From the NCBI GenBank assembly GCA_001642005.1, contig LWCA01000074.1, forward strand, positions 1-60,819: a stretch of DNA of 60,819 nt. The letters run 5' to 3'. The DNA is from Intoshia linei. Taxonomy: Eukaryota > Animalia > Orthonectida. A program made the translations under genes and the position numbers. Below, in pieces: positions 52,101 through 60,819 of the stretch (its first letter is position 1; each line of letters starts with the position of its first letter). The notes beneath the pieces are model-generated. The model was not told where the DNA came from. It saw only the letters and a program-made list of their open reading frames with translations, and did no database searches.

Positions 52101-55100
52101 TTGAACCTAACTAGCCCCTCGTCACTTCCAAAAATAAAAAATAGCCCATTTTAGATTTTAAAAATTTTGTAGAAACAATTTTTATGTCATATAATCCTAA
52201 TTACCTTTTTAAGACTCTTGAGTTGACATTTTAAACTTAACAATTAAATTAGTTGATATTCAGGAATTTTTTTAATGCTCAATTTAGTAAATTAAAGCCT
52301 CCATTTTAAAAAAAAAATTCGTCGAGATCCCTCAGTGGAAAGATCTTGCATACGGCACTGGTAGTTCGCCATAAGTATGTTTGAAATTGAGAATTTTTTT
52401 AATTACGCCATTTAAGCTATCTTGTCAAAATTAATGTAAAATTTTCGATTTAAGGAGGAATATTTAATAAAAAAATAAAAATATTACCATAGTAACGTGT
52501 TCAGGATTAAGAGGATATTTTTAAAAAATTATGCGGTCCATACACATTTTTTTTGTGACAAGTCGGCCATGGTGGAAAAAGTTTAAGAACCACTGTTTTA
52601 GTGGGTGTAAACAACATTATGCAACGCCACATTTAATTACATGTGTAGTTGTATCTATTGTAATCAATACTAATCATATTTGTGTGTATCAGTTCCATCA
52701 GAATAACCATTTGGTCAAAACTTTACGGTTACTAGATATTTGGACACCCATTAGGGTGTTAACTTTTTTATAAGAACAAAAATACAGGGTTATACAGGAT
52801 GAGAAAAAAAATTCTAAGAACGGTGGTACCATTCGTTAAACTTAAATTTTGAAAAACATTGATCTGCTCAAAGGAAATAGTTTTTATAAATAAGATTTAT
52901 AACATTGTGTGTAACCTTACTATTATGTTTATATTATTTATTTAAATCGTTATTTCTATTGAAGATATTCTATTCTATCTATATTCTATCTTACCTGCCT
53001 GCGAAAAAAATTAAAATGGGTCTAATTAATGACAAAAAAATATTTTTTTCTCTCTATTTTATATTCAAAATTTCATTAGTAATTGCTAAAATTTTTTTTT
53101 GTGTCAAAATAGTATAAACGTAATATAATTAACATAAATTATTTAATGAAATTCAGCTCAATGAAAAAATAATTATTATTTGTATTCTAATCAGATTGTA
53201 ATGTTTTATGTCTTCCATATTCTATCTGTAAAATAAAAAGAACCCTCAATAAATGTGTAAATAAAGATTGACAGAAGTATAGGTTAGCATCATGTAGATA
53301 TCTTTGAGAAGCAACAATTGTGACAAAACTGTAATTTGTATATAAAATCTTACAGAAATTATACAACACGAGCATAAGGTTGATAAATTTTAAGGAAGCC
53401 AAATTCGTAACTGTTGGACCATACAAGTTTATGGTTGTAATTTGTATCATAATGATATATTTAAAAAATTTTGTTGAATCATATGTATATGTTCTCACTG
53501 TTAGGTGTTCTACCATATAATTCACTCCTAAAGAGCAACCCTTCCACTTCTATTAAAAAATTCATTTATACTATTTCTCAGATTCTTTACGGGGTGAAGT
53601 AACGACAGTACCATAAATAGTTTCAAATGCCTACAAAAATTAGATCGGTTAGATGCATTGACGGTGAATTAGATAATGACACCGTTAATCGACTTGAAGT
53701 TAATAATAATAAATTTCAGTGTAAAATATTATGGGTATTTTTAAATTGCAGAGCAGGCCGATGTTTTTGTAATAATATTAAAAACAAACACCGCAGATGT
53801 TATTTTTATTGCATTTCTCATACCGTACGGCCCTATATTTTTTTAGTTTCTAAAATTCGATCAAAAAGTTAACACCCTAACACCTATACGACTTTTAACT
53901 ATACTATTTGAGTATAAAACTTATTAAAACTCTTAATTCCATTTTTAAGTAAATGCAAAAATTGCTATAGATGTATCTGTTTGTTAAACCGAGAGTCCCA
54001 GAAACATAAAACTCACAACTTTTAAATCCATTTTGTGAAATGCATGATATAATATAAATTTCATTTAAACCTTCATTACCCCTGTTTGAAAATAAAAAAC
54101 TAAGAATGATGCTTTTTAAATACTAATTGTAATTATTTTTCAAGGCTATGTAGTATTTAGAATTTAGATTATAGGTAACATGTTGATAACAGTAATTTGA
54201 TAATTTTTTGATGATTTTGTATATTTTTTCATTTACCCATTTAGGTACTGATATTGAAAAATTGACGGTGGTTGAAATTGTAATGAACACAATTTCATTT
54301 TCCATTACATCCAATAGTATAAATGAAAAAACGAAAAAAACACCTTTTACATATCGTTTTAAATTTGAATCTAGTACGGGTGTATATTATACAGAAGAAA
54401 TTGAATTTAATTCATTTGAATCGATTGTAATTATGCCTAATATTTTGTACATTTTGTAGGTTCAATCAAAAATTTATAATGCACTCTCCCCGCGTTGTTC
54501 ACATAAAATTAAAAATGATGAAACTCAATCTTATGATGATGATTCATCTGATGAATACGAATCATTATGTGGAAAATCATTCAAAAAATGGGCTTATAAT
54601 TTGAGAACTGATTCAATTAAACCATTATCGTTGAAATCAAATCGATATGTGAAAATTTAATTATTTTAATAATTTTATTTTAGGTTTGCCTTGGTTTAAG
54701 GGGCTTTTTTTCAAATACGTTGGCAATAAAATATTATCTTGACAAAAAAATGAAAACCTTCTATTGGAATGATAAAATAATGGAAACTGTGAGTATTAAA
54801 AGGTTGTTTAAATAAAATATATATTACCAGGTTGACTGTTATGTACTACGTACAAACAACACCTAGCTCTGCCGAGGGTACATTTTTATTCTACCAAAAA
54901 AATAAATTCACGTTGAAAATCTAACTTAAAAATTACCGGAAATGCGTAGATTTCTGGGGTTGAAATTTTGTATTTATATCAACTGGAATAAGCTTTATCA
55001 GAATAATCTTTTTTTTTTAATTTTCGGATAGTTAATTATTTCACATTTTTTGTTTTAATAAACTATTTCGGAAAAAAATATATGAATACTAAAATGCTTT

Positions 55101-58100
55101 TTTGACCGTGAAGTCGTCACTTATTCAGATTGGAATTTTTTGTGNATTATATTTTTTTTCTATTTAATTTTATGTAACTAAACTAGGTTGACTGTTATGT
55201 ACTACGTATAAACAGCACCTAGCTCTGCCGAGGGTACATTTTTATTCTACCAAAAAAATAAATTCACGTTGAAAATCTAACTTAAAAATTCTACTATTTT
55301 TTCAAAGGGTGGTTCCCAAACTTGTTTCAGGTGGAACCATCCTATCACATTACTTTTTACTTTAAAGTGAATTATTCCATTTTAATTTTTTTTGTTAAAA
55401 TTTACGTAAACAATTTTAAAAACAATTGTTATCCCATTTTTTTTATTTATTACACAGAAAGTGTGTATAATAGTAAAAATAAAGTACAAAAAGTTCAATC
55501 CTAAAAATTGTCATAAAAATCATAAATTCCAGAAAAAATAAAATTATAAAAACCTATTTTGTTATTTTCAATGTGATGATTAGAGTAGACAAAAGCGAGT
55601 AAAGTGATCGAAATGCTCTTTTACTCGATAATAATTGACATAATAATAATCATCACTGATGATATATATTCAGTACTAATTATGTATCAGTAATTAACCG
55701 AATCTCCACTTTATAAACATTTCAGTCGAATTTTACCAATATTGCAAAGGATTGTAATAAATATAAAAATGATATTAACAAAATTGTTTTAGTTTCGTTG
55801 TTTAGTTTTTATTTAAAGTTGTATTCAAAATGTTTTGAAAATGAGAATTTGAAATTTAAAAATTGCGTAGCAAAGAAAAAAATTCCGAAGGAATGAATTA
55901 TATAGATTTTCACCCATATTTCTTTATTGGAATTGTGTAGACGTTCACTGCACATTTTTTTTGAAATTGTAGGATCAATATTTACATTTTTGATTTTAAT
56001 CGAAATATTTGAAAAATATTGGTTGATAATATATTAAAAATTATTTTTCANAATGCGTAGATTTCTGGGGTTGAAATTTTGTATTTATATCAACTGGAAT
56101 AAGCTTTATCAGAATAATCTTTTTTTTTTAATTTTCGGATAGTTAATTATTTCACATTTTTTGTTTTAATAAACTATTTCGGAAAAAAATATATGAATAC
56201 TAAAATGCTTTTTTGACCGTGAAGTCGTCACTTATTCAGATTTGAATTTTTTGTGTGTGTTAACAGGATACAATTGTACCACCTGTAAAATTTGTGAAAT
56301 TCTAGGGTTGTTTTTATTAAAAAAAAGGGTAATTTGGGGTTTTGGCCCTGAAGATATATATTTTTTTTAAATTTAAATTTATGATAATATTTATGATTTT
56401 AAAATGCGTATCAGAGTATATATTTTATTAAATTCTCGAACTCGTTTGATTTTAAAAAAAAGGACAATTGGGGTTTTTGACCCGTAAAATGTGAGTTTGG
56501 GAGGTTGAATTGTATCTTATTATCACTCCTGGAAAAAACTGTAATTGAAATGTGGACTTTATAAACTTCTAAGACTGGTAGTTATTTCAATAAACGATAA
56601 CACACACAGACAAACAAAGAATATTATATAATAAGGATATATTAATAATAATTTTTATAAATACATGTAACCTTAATTTAAAGTTTAACTCAAATTTATC
56701 AACTTTGAAATTTGATTTTCAGTATAATTGAGAAATTACCATTATTATTTGTAATTATTTCATTATTTAGATGGACATATACATGTTTTGATTTACGAAG
56801 CATTTTAACAAACATGCAAATTGAACTATATACTAATGTGTATGTCCATTCTCATAAGAGAACTTCAAGTTTTCGATTTATGGATGAAGTTTCGTTTGTA
56901 CCCGAAAAAATCCAATTTGATGGTGACTAATAAAATAAAATTTTTTAATATAAATGTATTAGTACTAACCGAAAGAAATGTACCCGATATTTTGGTCAGC
57001 GAGGTTAAAGTGATTAAAAAGGATTCACTTTTGACATTAAAATTATTCTATTATGACTGCGCACCACATCCCAAGATATCAATAATTACTTCTCTAGACG
57101 TTTCAGTATATTTAAAATGAAAATCTATATTTTTATCAATCTAATAAATTCATAAAATTTAGATTGCACCAACAATTAAAGAGATAGCCGTACCAACCTC
57201 TCCGTTGACAGGAATGGTAAGTTTAACTTTTGATTCGGAAACCGTTAGTATTCCCGTTAAATCAGATGCAAACCAATTAAAAAGAATTTTAAGTTTAAAC
57301 ACAAAGATTAATACAGACGAAATTAATATTGTGGTTAGTAGCACGAAATGTTATGAAAAAAAATGGGACATTACGTGGGTAAATAATGGTGGACGTAAAA
57401 AACTTTTTTCGGTAATATTTTTTAAATTCATTAAAATTATGATAAGATTGGTGATAAAGACAATTCCATTGAGAAAACTGAAGTTATACGCGTGGTTGAA
57501 GGTAAATCAGAATTTGAATACATTCCAGGATCATTTTCTCAATCTTGTCATAAAAACCCGCAGGTTATTATTATTATAATAAATATTCAAAATAATGTTT
57601 TACTTATACCAAATTTTAAATTTTTTTGGTGATTTTTAACTAGTGTTTAATATGGATCCTTTTCAGTTATAATTATGATTTATACAATGTAATTTAAAAA
57701 TTACCCAAAATCCTTAAGATAACCGGGAGACGTGACGATGTAAATTTAATTTATATTTGTTTATATTATTTTTATAGATTAGCGTGAGAATAAATAAAAT
57801 TAATATTCTGTCAAAAACTAATCTGGATATAATATACGATGAAAGTCTTAGACCAACTGTAGACTCAGCTTTGCCTGTTGAAGGTAAATTCAGTTTATAA
57901 ATACAAATGAATGTTTTTTAATTTAGTTACGAGTGAAACAACTGTAACTATAAAGGGAACCAATTTTGACACCACTAATAATGGTCAAAATAATAATGTT
58001 TATTTGGGTGATATTAATTGTATAGTGCTTTCAGCTACGTCTGTTGAAATACAATGTAAAGTAACCGATGGGGTTAGTGGAAATAAAAATTTATTTGTTG

Positions 58101-59165
58101 AAATAAAAAATAAAGGAGAGGCTAAATCAATGACATTAATATCATTACAATACAAAGTCAAATTTACCAATGTTGATCCAAATGTTGGTAGTTTAGGTGG
58201 TAATTATTAGAATTATGATAGTTTAAAAACACAGTTTGGGTCAAATCAGTAAATTTTTATATGTGAATTATTTGGACTGATTTTGTCAGATTTGAGGATT
58301 CTTAGTCATTGGAAATGACTTATCGCACTCAAAAGCTAATAATTTTTTAATTTGTACATTTTTGTAAAATTAGTAACCTGACCATTTTTGATTTTGAAGA
58401 TATATTAACAAAATCAGAAAATTCAAGAGTTTAAAATCCTCAAAAAGGGGTGCCAGAAAATTGTTGAATAAAAATCATTTTACGGCTATATTTTTTAATC
58501 TTCAATTGTTTCAAAAATAAAATTAAATTAATGTCAAATTTTGTTTATTAATTTGATAATATTTTAATATGTAAATATTAACATTCGTCAAAAAACGAAA
58601 ATAGAGTGATGATTATATTCGTAATGGATTCACATAAATAAATAATATTGAGTAATCGGACTAACCACAGTTTTTTATGTTGAAAGCTTTTTTCTAATTC
58701 ACATTTAAAGTCATTGCATCTATCAGTTGTTGTTACTATAGTTACTACCGTAGACCCAGAAATTCAATTTCATGTAAGTAAAGAATACAAAAATTATTTT
58801 TGAACAATAAAATAAAAATTTGTGTGTGGCGTTAGTATTAAATTAGTTTAGATAAAATTAAATAATTAAAATTGTAGCAGTTTCGTAATTTAAAGAAAAA
58901 ATAATTCTGAAAAAGTTTTTTTCTGCGAACCGTTTATCATCAATAATGAATCTCATTAATAATTATTTACAACATTATTTTAAATATTATATTTATGTAT
59001 GTTCCGTTTATACTACTTTATAATATAATAGGAGGCACTCGAATTCAAATTAATGGAAGTGGATACACTTCTGATATGACTAAAGTACAAATACATGCCG
59101 GTGGAAAAATATGCAAAATTGAAACGATAACTACAACAAAAATAATATGTATCACATCACAAAAT
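46108..59165 (+). CDS. PKHD1L1: Fibrocystin-L (IPT/TIG repeats plus PA14-like domain), 5' part; continues beyond the window
   Basis: Short signal-like exon, then SPTVKNITPKNIGGGGEVLLVITGS, NVGNFAYLIS...NQIQCYTP, YFVRIKVDG, YPGNRGSTLEIW, SGKFSGFFIPNVDGAYKFFI, RWTYTCFDL, VTIKGTNF...CIVLSATSVEIQC, GSLGGGTRIQINGSGY, in fibrocystin-L order. Confidence 0.9.
47092..47349. mobile_element. pogo/Tc2-type MITE
   Basis: TA|CCGTATTTTTCGGAGTATAAGGCG with a perfect 24-bp inverted copy ending |TA; internal repeats of TATAAGGC. Confidence 0.92.
47493..48530 (+). mobile_element. CGGBP-like hAT remnant
   Basis: TAGGG...CCCTA ends; fragment DFTDQILETFIFADISLYKLNNPKIKALF; left end similar to the reverse complement of 51200-51260. 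Confidence 0.55.
48570..49161 (-). mobile_element. Non-autonomous Helitron copy (3' truncated)
   Basis: Minus start A|TCCTAACTTATATAATATGCTACG; high similarity to 56070-56637. Confidence 0.78.
50846..51260 (-). mobile_element. CGGBP-like hAT 5' fragment (BED-type finger)
   Basis: YPAEFIVRENNLFCIKCNINVSFEK; terminal region shared with the 47493 element. Confidence 0.5.
51833..52595. mobile_element. Non-autonomous hAT (Charlie-type) element
   Basis: TIR CAGTGGTTC...GAACCACTG; perfect 8-bp TSD TTTTAGTG. Confidence 0.88.
52752..53879. mobile_element. hATm-like non-autonomous element
   Basis: Perfect TIR TAGGGTGTTAACTTTTT; 8-bp TSD ACACCCAT/ACACCTAT (7/8 match). Confidence 0.85.
54827..56637 (-). 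mobile_element. Helitron: near-complete copy 55183-56637 plus deleted partial copy 54827-55144
   Basis: Minus strand A|TCCTTATTATATAAT...hairpin-CTAG|T, the canonical Helitron boundaries; N at 55145 and 56051. Confidence 0.85.
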
Positions 59166-59752
59166 GTATATTTGAAAATTATACATGTATAAAAATAATG
59201 AGTTTGTGCAGATGTTACATTCATACATGTACTACATGACATGTGGGCAATTCCATGTGAAAACGACATATGGTAGTAACCTGACCATAATCAATTTTGA
59301 TAAAAATTTGCAAAAACGATGATTAGGGCACTAAGTTTAATATTTAAAAATATTATGGATGTAACGGTTGATATGGTGAAGTTATTTACGAATATATCTA
59401 CTATCTGACGAATATTACATTATATTTTAAAAAATAAAAATGCATATTTTAAAGTTTATATTTGACTAAACAAAATTAAATATAAAATAAACTATTGATA
59501 GGAGAAATATGTAATAATATGTCTACTTTCATATTAAATTGATTTTTTTAAAATATATGAGTAATTAATATCTAATTAACACTATTAAAATTAAATGGTG
59601 TTAACTTTCGGTCTGGTTCATGAAAAATAAAATTTTATGTATCACAGTAAAGCTAGTATTGTCACAAATCTATATACAAAAAATTAGAAGAGTAATTTGT
59701 TTAGTTTTTATACTACACCTTTTATAATATTAATATTATACAAAATTGTATA

Positions 59753-60035
59753 CAGTCAATTCTGTTATATATGAACATCCTAGAATATGAACTCAGCTCA
59801 ATATGAACAAGATAATTTTGTTTGAACAATCATTGATTGGACATTTCGAAACTTTTAATTATATTATTATCGCGATTCATATATGTTCATATTATATATT
59901 ATATACATATTATATACATACAGTATAGTATGAACATGATCAAAACCTGGTCCCTTCATATTAAATGAATATTATATTATATAAATATATTAAAATATAT
60001 TTATGAACATTGTTTATATAGAACAGAATTGAATG
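59753..60035. mobile_element. pogo/Tigger-like MITE
   Basis: TA|CAGTCAATTCTGTTATATAT...TATATAGAACAGAATTGAATG|TA; repeated ATATGAAC. Confidence 0.75.
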
Positions 60036-60087
60036 TATATAATGTTATAATATCATAGTAACACTTTAAATTTATTGATTTAAATAA

Positions 60088-60240
60088 AGTGGCCAAGAAA
60101 AATACGTACTATCACTTTTAGTTTATTTGGTATAAATTTTAAGCCGAAAATTTTTATTCGTTATCATAGATAAGTAGTTTTGGCTTTACATTTAACACCA
60201 AATAAACTAAAATTGATAGTCGGTATTTTTTCTGGCCACT
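60088..60240. repeat. Foldback hairpin (~65-bp imperfect arms)
   Basis: agtggccaagaaaaatacgtactatcacttttagtttatttggt pairs with accaaataaactaaaattgatagtcggtattttttctggccact. Confidence 0.85.
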
Positions 60241-60761
60241 CCAATTTAAAAATAAATTGAAATTACGATAAAGTTAACAATATAATTTTTGCGTTAATTT
60301 TTTTAACGTTTTTAGCCCTTAATTTCCAAAATAACAATATTACCCTCTCAAATTTTTAATATAATTATTATAACGTTATCACCAACGATCTCATAAATTT
60401 TGAATCTATTTTAACATCCATATTTAGAACTAACGTTTTTATGCCATTAATTAATAAAATACTTAAAAATGTGTTATTTTTTAAAAATTACTATGTTCTG
60501 ACAGCGCCAATGTATATTTAACAGTAAGATAATAATATTTCAATATTGCATATGGGCGTTAAAAATAAATACATTTTTTCATACAATATATAAATGTGGT
60601 CATCATGCTTTCAAAACCCTCAAAGTTTAAGGTTTTTAGGGTGATTCTTAAACTATTCAACCTTCTGGTTATTTTAATGTATATATCGTAAAAATCAAAA
60701 CGGTCCGGTTACTATTTTATAAAAATTTGTCGTTTTCACATGCTCAATAAGCATTACTCAT

Positions 60762-60819
60762 TAGGGTGTCACATTTTTTTTAAATTTTTAGAATTTAATG
60801 GGCGGTTAGTAATCAATAT
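60762..60819 (+). mobile_element. hATm-like terminus, duplicated at 44027-44080
   Basis: TAGGG(T)GTCACATTTTTTTTAAATTTTTAGAATTTAATGGGCGGTTAGTAATCAAT occurs at both sites. Confidence 0.7.

Noticed and set aside
52531-53872. ORFs 52531, 52905, 53187, 53627
   Set aside because: Lie within or across hAT elements; no coherent protein motifs.
1-60819. Alternative genetic code or stop-codon readthrough
   Set aside because: Conserved genes translate cleanly with the standard code once micro-introns are removed; in-frame stops occur only in decayed elements.

Overview
AT-rich eukaryotic (animal) genomic DNA with tightly packed genes and mostly 33-51 nt introns, alternating with kb-long introns filled with decayed DNA transposons. 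This architecture suggests a compact invertebrate genome such as an orthonectid; that is inference, not verified. Splicing by hand gives: last exon of ERH; an RGK-family (Rad/Gem/Rem) GTPase with strongly degenerate G-boxes (-); Nova/pasilla (+); Ena/VASP (-); GNPNAT1/GNA1 (+, with a GC-AG intron); three small orphan membrane-protein genes, one ending in a PP1-docking RVxF motif; a glycine-transporter-like SLC6 (-); a secreted saposin-like candidate (-); and the 5' part of fibrocystin-L/PKHD1L1 (+, runs off the window). Also present: two identical tRNA-Ile(AAT) genes; about 8 copies of a non-autonomous Helitron; Chapaev3, pogo/Tigger, Tc1, piggyBac and several hAT elements, many with readable TIRs/TSDs and some nested; and two long foldback hairpins. 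I found no clear new multi-gene system. The best leads are the pseudo-GTPase RGK, the orphan membrane trio/PP1 anchor, the foldback hairpins and the nested TE stack. Family calls rest on remembered motifs, not database searches.
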